Assembly (NCBI RefSeq): GCF_009914755.1
Contig: NC_060927.1
DNA: 64,000 nucleotides
DNA from: the human T2T-CHM13v2.0 reference genome, Homo sapiens
Strand: one strand, 5' to 3'
Shown here: one piece after another, positions 13,031 through 28,874 of the stretch
How the letters are laid out: each line of letters opens with the position of its first letter
Numbering within the stretch: the first letter of the stretch is position 1
Translations under genes and position numbers: made by a program
Notes under the pieces: generated by a model
Told to the model about the DNA's origin: nothing
Databases searched by the model: none
The model's input: only the letters and a program-made list of their open reading frames with translations

Positions 13031-13421
13031 ATCTGTCCATTGTGTGTTGCTATAGCAAAATATCCGAGACTGAGTGATTTATAAAGAACAGGAATTTATT
13101 TCTCACAGTCTGGAGGCTGAGACGTCCAAGAGCAAGGTACTGGCAGGTTCAGTTGTCTGTGACAGTTGCTCTCTGCTTCCAGGATGGCGTCTTGTTGCTG
13201 CATCCTATGGAGCGGGGAATGCTGTGTCCTCACATGGCAGGAGGCAGAAGGACAAGAGAGCCAAATGCTGTGAAGCCTCTTTATAAGGGCCTTAATCCAA
13301 TTCATGAGGGCAGGAGCCCTCATACCTAATTGCTCTTACAGACCTCACTTCTTAATACCATCACACTGGCCATTAAGTTTCAACATCTGAATTTTTAAGG
13401 GGACACATTCAAACCATAGTA
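13031..13421 (-). mobile_element. MST (MSTC/D-like) MaLR LTR
   Basis: atttatttctcacagtctggaggctgag...ggggacacattcaaaccatag. Confidence 0.82.
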
Positions 13422-13439
13422 TCATCTCCCCCCAAACTA

Positions 13440-13790
13440 ATTCATTTGGTTCTGTGGATCTTCCTTAAGTACCTCTTCTGTGCCAGGCACTGTGTTCAGT
13501 GTCTCCAGCAGTACTTGAGACTGTCCTCGACTTCCTGATGCTGACAGTCAAGGGGGGAATACAAGCCAACATTGAATTATAGGTGTACTGGTTATGATGA
13601 TGGAGAAACAGGAGATGCAGCAGGAGCATTGAGCAGGGGATCTAATCCAGCTGGTTGGTGGGGGGATTGGCGAGGAGTAGTGGTAGGGAAGGCTTCCCGG
13701 TGGTAGTGACACTTAAGCTGATACCTAAAGGAGAATGTGGAGAGAGTCTCTGGCAGAGGAAAGGTGCCAATGGCTTAGAATAGGGAAGCA
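13440..13790 (-). mobile_element. L2 fragment
   Basis: gtgccaggcactgtg...gggaaggcttccc...gtgacacttaagctgatacctaaagg. Confidence 0.65.
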
Positions 13791-14965
13791 CCTTAGCCCA
13801 GAGCCTGGAATTCCTGGAGGACAGGAATTGTGTCTTGGTCTTCCTCCTATGTCATGGCTGGACAAGTGTTTGCTCATCTGTAACAAGCTTGTGAAGCAGG
13901 CATTGTGATCTAGACCCTATAGATATGAGCCCGACCCAGGCCACAGTCTGCTTTTGGTAGAACAACATCTGCCATCTTCCAAACCAATGCTGTGTCCAGA
14001 TATAAGGGTCAGATGAGGTCCCAGATGTGAGGGTCAGATGAGGTCCTAGAGGCAACAAGAGTTTGAGACCTAAGAGCTGCTGAACACATGACACCTGGTG
14101 ATTATTTCTGTAGATTCCTTCCTTTTTTCTCTCTCTGAATGGCAACCACTAGGACTGTGGCTCCCAGAACAGCTGCCCAGCTGCCTTGTTTTCGCTTGGA
14201 TGTAATTTCTGAGTGAGAACTTTATACTTGTGCTTCTCTTCTCCATCTGTGCCTGAATTTGAAATTCCAAGGAGCAGTCCTCCTCCGCTGCTGGAAGCTG
14301 GAAAGGTGCCTTCTCCTTAGTCCCCGGGAAGCCCACCTGCTCCCCTAGGGTCCGATCAAGACTGCAGGGCTCCTCATGTTGGCCCACCAGACCCTCCCAG
14401 GAGCTGCCAGTAAACCTGGTACAGATTGCACGGGAGGGTAGAAGCATATATTTCCATATTAATTGGTTATTTAGCATCACTTTAAAAGGTTGACAAGTCT
14501 CAGACACATCATTTTGACTATAAACAAAAGGAGGCTCTGCTATCTCTTTTCGAATTTGAGAGCGTTGTCAGCTGTGCCAAGGGACCTCTACTTTGACTTG
14601 AATTCTCATTATTTCAGAGAAAGTTCTCCCTGGTCTTTGGTCTTATTCCTAACCAATCCCTTAGCCCTAAAGACCCTCACTATCGCCCTCCCCATCTCCT
14701 GGGTCAGGGGAGCAGAGGGAATCAGAGAGAGTCCATGTTTTTCCCATATGACACAGAGTCTGGACAGTCTGTGGCTGTGCTCACCTCAGGCTGCCCAGTT
14801 CTCTTTCTCGGCACCACTCAGTGGGTCACAGTGATCACTGCTAATCAAGACAAAAGTCCACACACAGTGTCCCTGAACAGCTCTTCCCACTGCTCCCCAT
14901 TTAGTTGTCCCCATTATTACAGGATTGTTACAGGGTCAGATATGAAAAAGTAAAGAAAAAATACC

Positions 14966-15280
14966 ACCCGGGTGCAGTGGCTCATGCCTGTAATCCCAGC
15001 ACTTTGGGGGGCCGAGGTGGGTGGATCACGAGGTCAGGAGATCAAGACCAGCCTGGCCAACATGGTGAAACCCCCGTCTCTACTAAAAATACGAAAAAAT
15101 TAGCCAGGTGTGGTGGCGGGTGCCTGTAGTCCCAGCTACTTGAGGAGGCTAAGGCAGGAGAATCACTTGAACCTAGGAGGCAGAGGTTGCAGTGAGCCAA
15201 GATCATGTCCCTGCACTCCAGCCTGGCGACGGAGCGAGACTCCGTCTCAAAAACAACAACAACAACAAACCAAAACAGCA
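14966..15280 (+). mobile_element. AluS
   Basis: Full dimer with (AAC)n tail. Confidence 0.95.
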
Positions 15281-15408
15281 AAGTGATTGAAGGCAGTGGG
15301 GGGTTCTATAATTATGATTGGGAATCTAGGTTAGTGGAACCTACTGCAATTGTGTCTGAAGCAAGATAGCCACAGAACTCAGCTTATTTAATAAGAGGCA
15401 TGCAAGGT

Positions 15409-15492
15409 GGTCAGGGGAGATATGTGTCCCTTAAGACAGGATCCACTGAAGGTCAGGGGAGATATGTGTCCCTTAAGACAGGATCCACTGAA
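15409..15492. repeat. Perfect 42-bp tandem duplication
   Basis: ggtcaggggagatatgtgtcccttaagacaggatccactgaa occurs twice in tandem. Confidence 0.97.
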
Positions 15493-16063
15493 GGATTCAG
15501 AATTGGATTTGTGCTCGCTGGATGTGTTCAGAGGACAGAGCACCCAGATTGCTGGGCTGTCCTATTAAAACCTTAGAAAAATCCCATGCTGCTTCTGGGA
15601 TGGGCCGTGGCTCTTAGCTGGACTTTTCAAGCCACGGTAATTAGAATTAGTTCAAAGTCTAAACTTGAATGAAGTGATAGCAAGTCTATATTGCACAGGA
15701 AGACATGTGATTATATCCAGGCTCCTTACGCTGAGGACTGAATGGTCAGGACTGGGTCTTATGCCCACCCATTGGCCAATCACTGGCAAGAAGATGTGGT
15801 CTGGGACTAGAGATCGTGCATCCTCCCCAAGTCACATGAAAGGAAGAAGGCGTGGGAAGGGAAAGCAGAGGTACAGAAAGACAGAGGGGAGGAGGGGTGG
15901 GCACAGAGAGGACCAGGAAGGATTGTTATCAAACTTAGAATGGGGAGGGAATGGAATTCCCAAACATTCACAGATTCCTTTAACATGCTGTAGAATTAAC
16001 TTCTTCTTGAACCTGTCTATGTGCCATCTCTTAGGGGAACAAACTCAAAAACTTTCCTCCTCC

Positions 16064-16736
16064 AGAGGATGTGGAGAAATAGGAACGCTTTTACACTGTT
16101 GGTGGGAGTGTAAATTAGTTAACCATTGTGGAAGACAGTGTGGTGATTCCTCAGGGATCTAGAACCAGAAACACCATTTGACCCAGCAATCCCATTATTG
16201 GGTATATACCTAAAGGACTATAAATCATTCTACTATAAAGACACACGCTCACGTATATTTATTGCAGCACCGTTCGCAATAGCAAAGACTTAGAACCAAC
16301 CCAAATGCCCATCAATGATAGACTGGATAAAGAAAATGTGGCACATATACACCTTGGAATACTATGTAGCCATAAAAAAGGATTAGTTTATGTCCTTTGC
16401 AGGGACATGGATGAAGCTGGAAACCATCATTCTCAGCAAACTAACACAAAAACAGAAAACCAAACACCACATGTTCTCACTCATAAGTGGGAGTTGAACA
16501 ATGAGAACACATGGGCACAGGGAGGGGAACATCACACACCGGGACTGTCGGGGAGTGGGGGCCTAGGGGAGGGATAGCATTAAGAGAAATACCCAATGTA
16601 GATGATGGGTTGATGGGTGCAGCAAACCACCATGGCACATATATACCTATGTAACAAACCTGCACATTCTGCACATGTATCCCAGAACTTAAAGTATCCA
16701 AAAAAAAAAAAAAAAAACAAAAAAAAAAAAAAAAAA
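16064..16736 (+). mobile_element. 5'-truncated L1PA (about PA6-8) with poly-A
   Basis: ORF2 C-terminal remnant (GCGEIGTLLHCWWECKLV), L1PA 3'UTR, poly-A, and a 17-bp TSD aaaaactttcctcctcc (16047-16063 / 16732-16748). Confidence 0.95.
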
Positions 16737-18805
16737 CTTTCCTCCTCCGTAGGTAAAGAAGGCATTCATTGTATTTTTCCACAGTGTCTCCTTTCACAGA
16801 CATTTCTCAGTCGGCTGTGGTGAGATTTGGTCAAAACCTCAGCTTCTGTGCCTTTCACACACATTTTGTCTCTGTATACTTCAGAGTTCACCTTTTTGTC
16901 ACTTTCCTGGGTTGTTAATCTACCCTGCCTTCTTAGATCTTCTCCAGCCTCCAGATTCTTCCAGATCTTTCTAAGGATACAGGGAGTCAACTTGCACAAA
17001 GAAAGTTCTCCCGGTCTGTGGCTTACCTTGTTGTTTTTTAAATGTGTCTTTCAAAGAGCAAAAGTTTGTAATTTTGAAGAAGTCTACTCATATCGTTTCT
17101 CATAAAATGTGCTTTCTTTGTTCTAAGGAATCTTTGCCTACTCCCAAGCTTGTGAATATTTTCCCCTATGCTTTCTTCTAGACATCTTACATTTTAAATT
17201 TGTATATTTAAGTCTATGATCCACTTGTTAATTATTTTATATAGTGTGATACAAACACTAATGTCTGCTTTTTTTCCCATAGAGAATCCATGTTATGGAG
17301 CAATATTTGTTGAAAAGATTTATTTCTGCCCTTGAATTGCCTCAGCTCATTTGTAGAGTATCAAACAATCATATATGTGTTGTTTTATTTCTGATTTCCT
17401 TATTTTTCCACCTCCCATTTTCAGAAGAAGAATTTTCAATTCTTACCATTGATTTCTATGTCTGTCTTTTCACCAATTAATCTTAAAATCAGATAGTGTT
17501 AAGTCCTCCAAATTTTTCTTAGAAAAATGGCTTTTTTAAAAGGTCCTTTACATTTCCAAATAAATTCTTAAATCAGCTTGCCAATTTATATTTTTTAAAA
17601 GATCATTAGAATGTTGAGACCATGATAAATCTATAAGTCACTTTGAGGAGAATAGCCATCTTAATAATACTGGGTCTGCCAGTTCCTGAACATGGTATAT
17701 CTCTAAATTTATTTAGGTCTTCTTTAATTTCTCTCATCAATTTTTAATTTTCGGTTTATAAAGCTTGAACATATTTTGTCAGATAAATACCTTAGAGATT
17801 TATGATTTTAGGATACACTCTGGTAAATGGAATTGTTTTAAACTTTCATTTCCCAATTGTATGCTGATACCATATATAAGAATATAATATTTTTTGTATA
17901 TTAACTTTGTATCTTGCAACTTTGCTAAATCCACTTGTTAGTTCTTAGAGTTGTTCTGTAGATCCTCTAAAGTTTTCTACGTGAACAACTGTATCGTCCG
18001 AAATAGGGACAGTTTTGTGTCTTCCTCTCTAATTTTTATGCCTTTTATTTGTTTTTCTTGCCTTAGTATAGTAATTAAAACCTCCAGAACAATGTTGAAA
18101 AAAGGCAATGAAAATGGGAATCCTTGTCTTGTTCTCTATTTCAGGGGAAAACAATTCAGTCTTCATTATAAGTATGATGTCGGCTTTAATTTTTCACAAA
18201 TGCCCTTTATCAGTTTGAGGAAGATCTGTACTATTTCTAGTTTCTGAGACCTTTTTGTTTTTTAATCATGAATGGGTATTGATTTTTGTCAAATGTCTTT
18301 TCTGTGTCTATTAAAATGATCCCATGATTTTTCTCCTTTACTCTGTTAATATGTTTAATTACACTGATTTGTTTTCAAATGTTAAACTAAACTTGCATTT
18401 CTGGGATAAAATTACTTGGTCATTATGTACATCATTTACTGTTGGATTCCATTTGCTATTACTGTATTAAGGATTTTTGGATCATATTCTTGATGGGATG
18501 GGTTTCTTATTTTTTGTAATGTCAGTGTCAGATTTTGGTATTAGATATATGCTAGATTTATACAAATGGGCTGGACCGTGATCCCTCCTTGTCTATATTC
18601 TGAAAAGTTTGTGTAAGACTGTTGTTATTTCTACCTTGAATATTGGGTAGAACTCCACAGGGAACCATCTAGGCCAAAGTTTTCTTTGGGAAAGATTTTC
18701 ATTAATACATTTCATTGCTAATGGAAATAGAATTACTAGATTTTCTACTTCTTCTTGAGTTAATTTGGGTACTTTTTTTTTTTTTTCAAGAAATTTGTCC
18801 ATTTT

Positions 18806-19140
18806 AGCCAGGTATGGTGGCCCATGCCTGTAATCCCAGCACTTTGGGTGGCTGAGGCAGGAGAATTGCTTGAGTCCAGAAGTTTGAGACCAGCCTGGGC
18901 AACATAGCAAGACCACATCTTTACAAAAAAGATTTTTTTTTTAATTAGCCAGGCATGGTGGCACGTGCTTGTAGTCCCAGCTAGTTGGGAGGCTGTGGTG
19001 GGAGGATCACTTGAGCCCTAGGGAGGTTGAGGCTGTAGTGATTTATGACTGTGCCATTGCATTTCAGCCTGGGCAACAGAACAGAGCAAGATCTTCTCTC
19101 AAAAAAAAAAAGAAAGAAAGAAAGAAAGAAAAGAAAACAA
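18806..19140 (+). mobile_element. AluJ
   Basis: AluJ diagnostics (ttgagtccagaagtttgagaccagcctgggcaacatag) and a (GAAA) tail. Confidence 0.93.
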
Positions 19141-19267
19141 ATGAAATTCATCCATTTTGTCTAACTTTCAAATTTGTCGACATAAATTCATTTATAGTAC
19201 TCTATTAGCTTTTTAATGTCTGTAGAGTCTGTGACAATAACCCCCTTTTTATTTCTAATTTGGTGGA

Positions 19268-19298
19268 ATATATATATATATATATATTTTTTTTTTTT
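19268..19298. repeat. (AT)n followed by poly-T
   Basis: Direct read. Confidence 0.9.
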
Positions 19299-19937
19299 CC
19301 CCTTGGTCAGTCTAGCTAGAAATTTGTCAAATTTGTTGATCTTTCAAAGCATCAGCTCTTTGCTTTCTTAATTTTCTCCATTGTCTATCTAGTTTTTATT
19401 TCATTGATTTTCTAAATATGCATTTTCTTCTTCCCCTTTACTTGAGTTTACATTCCTCTTCTTTTTCTGCCTTCTTAGAGTGGAGACTTAGGTGATTGAT
19501 TTTATTTATTTCCTCTTTTCTACTAGGAAAGTTCATAAAGCTATGAGTTTCCTACTAAGCATCATTTTGTATCTCACAAATTTTGGTATATTACATTTTT
19601 GTTGTCATCCAGTTCAAAATATTTTCTACTCTCACTTGTGTTTTGTTTCTGACTCATGAATTATTTAAAGTGTGTTGCTTACTTTCCAGATATTTTGGGT
19701 TTTCTTCAAAATCTTATTGTTCTTGACATTTAATTTTACTCCATTTTGGTCAAAGAGAACACTTTGTATGATGCTGATCCTGTTAAATTTATGAAGTTTG
19801 TTTTATGGCCCAGGCCACAGTCTGTCTCAGTGAACACATTATGTGCACTTGAAAAGAATGTGCACACTCTGCTGTTGTTGGAAGTTATTTTGTAAAGTCA
19901 ATTAGATCAATGTAGTTGATAACGTTGTTTAGATCTC

Positions 19938-20261
<324 letters not shown>

Positions 20262-21364
20262 TTAATTATTGTATTTGCTGAGAGGGGTGTCAAAATCTCC
20301 TACTATACTTGTGGAATTGTCTATTTTTCTCTTCCATTCTGCCAACTTTTGCTTCATCTATTTTGAAGCTCTGTTATTGAGTGCATGCACATCTATAATT
20401 GTTAAATCTTCCTGCAGAATGGCCCCTTTCATCATTATGAAATGTTTATCTATGACAATACTGTTTATCTTTATTTTATCTGATATTCATATAGCCACTC
20501 CAACTTTTAATGCATTCTATTTGGCTAGTATGCTATTTTCTTACTATTTTGTGTCTATCTGTGTCACTATATTTAAATCCTGCCTTCTCTAAACGTTTAT
20601 GATGGAGTCTTCCTTTTTTTAAAAAAAAATCCATTCTGACAACCTCTGCCACTTAACTGGGGTATTTAGTTCATTTCTGTTGAATGAAATTATTGATATG
20701 TTCGGATTTCAGCCTAGCATTTTGCTCTTTGTTCCTTGTTTTACATCTGGTCTTTGTTCTTCTATATTTTCTTTTCTACCTTTTTGAGGGTTAATTGAAT
20801 ATCGTGTAGAATTCTACTTTAATTTTTCTATTGGCTTTTAAGTTATATCTCTTTGCATTATTTTTAAATGGTTACTCTAGCTATTTCAATGTGTAGCCTT
20901 AGATTTTTCCTACTTAGAGTTAATATTATTCACTTGAAATGTGAGTACCTTCTAAGTCCACACTAATTTTAACCTTGTATCTTTTATGCTGGCAAGTGTT
21001 ACATTTACATACTCTATAAAGCTCACAATACAATGCTATAACTTTTGCTGTAAACTTTAAGATGCATTTTAAAGAAATTAAGAATGGATTGATAGTTTTA
21101 AGAATATATATCTACATAGTTACCAGTTCTGATACTCTTTTTATCTTTCTGAGGATTTGATCTTCACTGGTACTGTTTCCCTTTTGCTCAAAGAACTATC
21201 TTTAGAATTTATCGGAAAGCAGGTCTGCTGGTGATAAATTCTCTTAGTTTTCCTTTATCTGAAATTGGCTTCACTTTTTTTCTTTATTTTTGAAGGCTAT
21301 TTTTTGCTGGATATAAAATTCTGGGTTGGCAGATACTATATAATAATTATTATTATTATATGGA

Positions 21365-21667
21365 GGCTGGGTATGATGGCTCACACCTGCAATCCCAGCA
21401 CTTTGGGAGGCCAAGACAGGAGGATCACTTGAGCCCAGGAGTTCAAGACCAGCCTAGGCAACATAGTAAGACCTTGTATCTACAAAATATTTTTAAAATT
21501 AGCCAGGCATAGTGGCATGTGCCTATAGTCCCAGCTACTTGGCAGGCTGAGGTGGGAGGATCACTTGAGCCCAGAAGGTTGAGGCCATAGTGAGCTGTGA
21601 TTGTACCACTGCACTTAAGCCTGGGTGATAGAGTGAGACTCTGTCTCAGAATAATAATAATAATAAA
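21365..21667 (+). mobile_element. AluJ
   Basis: Full dimer with (ATA)n tail. Confidence 0.93.
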
Positions 21668-24084
21668 AGAGTTCCCATACACCCTACACCCAGTTTGCCT
21701 TATTATTACAGCTTTTATTAGTATTATACACTTGTTAAAATTAACGGACCATTATTTTCTGGAAGAGAGTATACAGAATTGGGATTTCTTTTAAGGAATT
21801 TCTTCCTTAAAAGTTTGGTAGAATTCAATAGTAAAATCATATCACCTTGGTGCTTTCTTTCTTGGAAAGTTGTTACTTTTTTATTCAATTTCCTTAACAG
21901 ATACAGACCTATTCAGATTATCTGTCTCTCCTTGTGAGCTTTAGTAATTAGTGTTTTTCAAAGAATCAATCCATTGCATCTAAGTTATCAAATTTAACTT
22001 ACATAAAAGTTAGATTTTATTTAAGCATAGAATTGTTCATAGTATTATTTTATTATCCTTTAATGTCCATGGAATCAGTACATGAGCCTGCTTCTATTCT
22101 GATATTGGTAATTTATCTTTTCTCTTTTTTCTGATTAATCTGCCTAAATCTTTATTAGTTTTATTAATCTTTTTAAGAAACAATTTCATTGATTTTCTCT
22201 ATTGTTTTCATGTTTTCAATTTCTTTGATTTCTGCTCTAAGTTCTATTCTTTCTTTTCTTCTGCTTTAGGCTAAAACTGCTCTTCTTTCTCTGGTTCCCT
22301 AAGGTAGAAACTTAGATTATTTTAGATCTTTTTTCTTTTCTAATAAACGAATTCAGTGCTATAAATGTTCTTGCTTTCACTGCATTCCCCAACTTTTGAT
22401 AAATTGTGTTTTGTTTTTTAATTCAAAATATTTTAAGGTTTCTCTTGAGAATTTTTGACCCATGTGTTATTTAGAAGTGTACTGTTTAATCTTTACATAT
22501 GTGGACATTTTCCAGCATCTTTTTCTTATTTATTTTTAGTTTGATTTCACTGTGGCCTAAGAACATACTTGGCATAATTTCTATTTTCTTACATTTATTA
22601 AGGTGTGTCTTATGGTCCAGGACATGGAGTATCTTTGTGAACATCACATTTAAGCTGGAGAAGAATGTGCAGTCTGCCGTTTTTGGATGGAGTATTTTAG
22701 AAATTTGTCAATGAGATCAAGTTGATTGATTGAGCATGCCATTCAGGGCAACTGTATCCTGACTGATTTTCTGTCTGCTTCATCTATCAAGTCCTGAAAA
22801 AGGTGTGTTGAAGTCTTCAACTACAAGAGTGGATGTTGTCCATTTCTCCTTGAATTACATCAGTTTTTGCCTCACATATTTTGCTGTTCTTTTGTTCAAA
22901 AATAATAAAGCTATTTTAACTTCCTATTGATTAGTGTTAGCAAGGTGTATCTTTCCTCATCCCTTTGTTCTTAACATATCTGAGTCTTTATATTTAAAGG
23001 GGAAGTTTTCTTATAGAACACATGGAGTTAAATCTTGCTTTTTTAATCCAATCTGACATTCTTTTAATTGATATATTTAGATAATTCACATTTAAAGTGA
23101 TGATTTACATAGTTGGATTAATATCTACTATATTCGTCTATATTGTTTTCTATTTTTTGCCTTTGTTCTTTGTTATATTTTCCCTCTCTTTTTTTTCTGC
23201 CTATTCTGGTTGTAATGAGCAGTTTATATGATTTTTATTTTCCTTTCTCTCAGAATGTCAAGTATGCTTCTTTATTAAATTTTTAGTGGTTGTTCTAGAG
23301 TTCGCAACATACATTTTAAAATAATCTAAGTATATCTTCAAATAACACTATAGCACTTCACATGTAGTGCCAATACCTTATAATAAAGTATTCCCAACTC
23401 TCCCATCCCTTATGATGTTGCTGTCATTAATTTCCTGTATTCACATTGTATAATTACCGAATGCATCATTACATCAATTAAAAATAAGAAAAATAAAAAA
23501 TTTTCTTTTACTTTCATTTATTTCTTCTCGAGTACTTGTCCTTTCTTTATGGAGAGCTTAGTTTCTGACCTGAAGAACTTCTTTTAACATTTCTTCAGAA
23601 CATGTTGTGGGTGACAAATCCTCTTAGTTTTTATTTGTGTGAGAAACTCTGTTTTTCCTTCTCTTTTGAAGGATAATTTCACTGGATGTAGAATTTCAAG
23701 CTGGTAAGTTTCTTCTTCCAACACTTCGAATATTTCACTCAACGTTCTTTTTGCTTTTTTGGTTTCTAAGGAGAAGTCCACTAAAATTCTTATCCTTGTT
23801 CCTCTGTAGGTAAGATTTCCCCCCCACGCCAACTCTTAGGGGTTTTTTTTAGAGATTGTCTCTTTATCTTTAGTTTTCTGTAGTTTGAATATAATATGCC
23901 TGGGTGTAGATTTTTTGGTAATTATCCTTTGGTATTCTGAGCTGTCTGGAACTGTGGTTTAGTTGTCATTAATTTGAAAAAGTGCTCAGCCACTTTTACT
24001 TCAAATATTTCTTCAGCTCTATTCTATCTTTCTTCTCCTTCTGGTATTCCAATTACATGTAAGTCACTTCTTTTGTAATTATCC

Positions 24085-24954
<870 letters not shown>

Positions 24955-25016
24955 ATCCCATACTTAGTCTGTTTTCTTTTTTATTTAAATTTTTTTCTCT
25001 TTGCATTTTTGTCTGA

Positions 25017-25400
<384 letters not shown>

Positions 25401-25444
25401 CAGCATTCTTTATTTATGTTAGTGTATTTTTATTTAATTTCTAG

Positions 25445-25744
<300 letters not shown>

Positions 25745-26079
25745 AATTTCTAGTGTTTTCTTTTGATTCTTTCTTAGAGTTTCCACCTCTGAGCTTACAT
25801 TAACTCTATGTCCTTGCAGTAGAATCCTGCATGTATTAATCACAGCCATTTTAAATTCCCTGTCTGATCATTCCAACATTTGCATCATATCCAGATCTGG
25901 TTCTGGTGCTTGCTCATTTCTTCAGACTTTGCTTTTTCTTGCCTTTTAGCATAGCTTATAACATTTTTTGAAAGCCAAACATGATGTAATTGAGTAATAG
26001 AAACTGATGTAAATAGCCCATCAGTGTGAGGTTTATGTTAATCTGGCTAGAAGTTGGGCCATGTATAATGTTTTCTGTA

Positions 26080-26560
26080 TGTTGGGGCTTAGAAACCAAT
26101 ACCCCAAAATACGGCATTTTGACATGATGAGCTGAAGAAGCTTCCAGGTCTCTCTGATCTCCCTCATTACTTTCTTTGCCATATAAGTTGAAGTTCCTTT
26201 ATCTGCCTATCTACTGTGGAAAGTAAGTCCAACAACCTAAGCACACCTGAACAGACATGTTACAGGTACAGTGACTGTCTCAGAGTTCTGAATCCATTCA
26301 CTCTTCCTAGTAATCCTCTCAAGACAATTCCTCTTCTGCCCGCTACCACAGCCTGTTTGATCAGGATGCAAGCCCCCATTCTATCGGTAACCTCGAGATG
26401 GTATACAAGCTTTTGTACATCACTGGGAGGTTGGGTCTTCATTCTGAAGGCTCCCATGTATACACATTAAATAAATCTGTATGCCTTTTCTCCCATTAAC
26501 CAATCTGCCTCATGTCAATGATGGTTTTCAGCAAGTCTTTAGGGGGCCAAGGGCCTTGCT
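26080..26560 (+). mobile_element. MER39-like ERV1 LTR
   Basis: tgttggggcttagaaaccaataccccaaaatacggcattttgacatg...ttaaataaatctgtatgccttttctcc. Confidence 0.7.
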
Positions 26561-26671
26561 TCAAATTCCTATTGTCCTTATTTTTGTCTCCTCTTTAGAA
26601 AGAATTTGTGTCTTCAACTCTCTCAGCTGTAATACACTGTACTGAATTACACTGGAGCCCTTTTGGAATGG

Positions 26672-27272
26672 TGGTGGAGGAAACCAGAATAATTTCACAC
26701 CAAAATACGTTGCCCCGGTATGATGAGTATTTTGAATTAAGGCTCTTAGAGATCAGCAGATGCTGGAATGGGTTTTTTCTTAGCTACATAAAAACTGGAC
26801 CCACCAAGGAGAACAATTGCTTCCCATCCCCTCCCTGAAATCTCAATGTCTATGACAGAGATGAAGGCTGAGGAATGTAACCACACCAGGATGGACCTTT
26901 TCATCAGATATCTGTCTCTCAGGGTCATTCACATTCCAAAGAGAATCATTTACAGATTAACTTTTGATCCACTCATTCTCCCTAATAATAATTTATTGAT
27001 CCTCAAAAGAAATAACATGGCTTTTCAAATTAGATTCAGAAAAAAATAAGAAAGAATTACCTACATTTCCCATTTGCTCCCTCCCCTATCAAGAAAGTTA
27101 TATAAACATCTGGATTCCATTGGGTTATTGGGTGATCATTCTCCTGCAAGTCCCCCATGCTACGCACAGTACAATGAATTTGTGTGTCTTTGTCTCTATT
27201 CATCTGCCTTTTGTCAGTTGATTGTCAGCAAACCTTCAGAGAGCAAAAAGGAAGTTTTTCTTTGTTCCCTAC
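26672..27272 (+). mobile_element. MER34-family ERV1 LTR
   Basis: accagaataatttcacaccaaaatac...cagcaaaccttcagagagcaaaaaggaagtttttctttgttccctaca. Confidence 0.65.
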
Positions 27273-27330
27273 AGTAACAAAGTGTAGAGAAGAGGAAGTC
27301 ATCAATAATCACACGATTAAATCATCGTCT

Positions 27331-27632
27331 TTCTTTTTTTTTTTTTTTTTTTGAGAAGGAGCCTCGCTCTGTCACCCAGGCTGGAGTGCAGTGATGCAGT
27401 CTCGGCTCACTGCAACCTCTGCTTCCTGGGTTCAAGTGGTTCTCTGGCCTCAGCCTCCTAAGTAGCTGGGATTACAGGTGCACGCCACCACGCCTGGCTA
27501 ATTTTTGTATTTTTTGTAGAGACAGGGTTTCACCATGTTGGTCAGGCTAGTCTTGAACTCCTGACCTCATGATCTGCCTGCCTCAGCCTCCCAAAGTGCT
27601 GGGATTACAGGCGTGAGCCACCGCGCCCGGCC
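27331..27632 (-). mobile_element. AluS
   Basis: Antisense full dimer; TSD aaatcatcgtcttt/aaatcatggtcttt. Confidence 0.95.
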
Positions 27633-28294
27633 AAATCATGGTCTTTTAGTGGGTCTGGGTCCGCAGGCTGTGACTTTGGCAGGTGTTTCTCAGCTTTCCC
27701 GGCACCACTTCCACCTCAGGTGAGACAAGGAGCTGGAGTAGGAGAAATGTCTTTCCTGCAGATGGGTTAAAGCTCTGGGAATCTTGAAGAGTAGGTCTGT
27801 GTTATGTAAAATGCTCTTTTCACTATGGTCACCCTTCCCCTCCTGCCAGAGCCGTGACAGTATCTTTGCTGGCTCTTTGTTGTTTCTTCGCCATGCGAAC
27901 CTGGTGATTTCCCAGAGGTAAAACCCGTACACTGCGAGGAGGGCCAAAGACTGCCTCCCCCAGGAGTTTCCCACTTTCACACTCGTCCACTTAGCATCTG
28001 GCAATCCATCAAAATTACGCAAAATTGAAGTGTTCCTACCAGTTTGAACAAAGCGAACTCAAGTCCCCCGGGGAGTTTGGCTCCAGGGGCTTCTGCTCTG
28101 GGAAAACACATCTCCGCCGTGACTCTGGATGCAACTGTCTCCCCAGATCACATGCGGTGTTTGCCTTGATACCTCAGCTGTCTGAGGAGCCCATGAAAAG
28201 TTGCTGATTTTCAGTTTGTTCAGCATTTTCTTACTGTAAAAAGGAAAATCATGACTTCCAAGCTCTCTACATATTGGACCTGAAACCAGAAGTC

Positions 28295-28860
28295 CCTTTC
28301 AGCACTTTAAAGTTGCCATTCCACTATCTTCTGGCCTCCATTATTTCTGATAAGTCATGCGATTGCAATTTGCATGTAAAGTGCCATTTTTTTCCGGCTA
28401 CTTTCAAAAGCTTTTCATCTGTAGTTTTCAGCAGTTTGACTTTGACGTGCTCAGGTATGGCTTTCTTTGTATATTTGGATGGGGCAGGGGAGCAGGGAAA
28501 AAGAGGGGAATTTTCTGAACTGGAATATGTAGATTTGTGTGTTTCACCAAATTTTAGAAAATCCAGTCGCTATTTGTTAAAAAAAATTTTTTTTGCTTCA
28601 TTATCTCTGTCTTTTCCTTTTGGAACCACAACTACATATATCTTAGGCCTTTTTGGATATCATCCTACAGTTTACTGAGGCTCTGTTCATTTTGTCTAGT
28701 CTTTTTTTTCCATGATATTCAGATTGGATGGTTTTTATTCATCTTTATTAAGGTTCATGAACTCTTTTCTCCTTTCTCCTTCATTTTGAAACTCCTTTTC
28801 GTGTGTTTTTAATAATGTTCAATCTTGTGTCATGTTTATGAGATTCATTTTGGAAGTTGA
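28295..28860 (-). mobile_element. Continuation of the outer L1M (ORF1 region)
   Basis: cagcactttaaagttgccattccactatcttctggcctccatt continues the L1 sequence interrupted at about 21335. Confidence 0.62.
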
Positions 28861-28874
28861 GTTGTATTTTAGTC

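Noticed and set aside
15665-16162. 165-aa + strand ORF
   Set aside because: Non-ATG start; runs through unique sequence into an L1 ORF2 remnant; no recognisable host domain.
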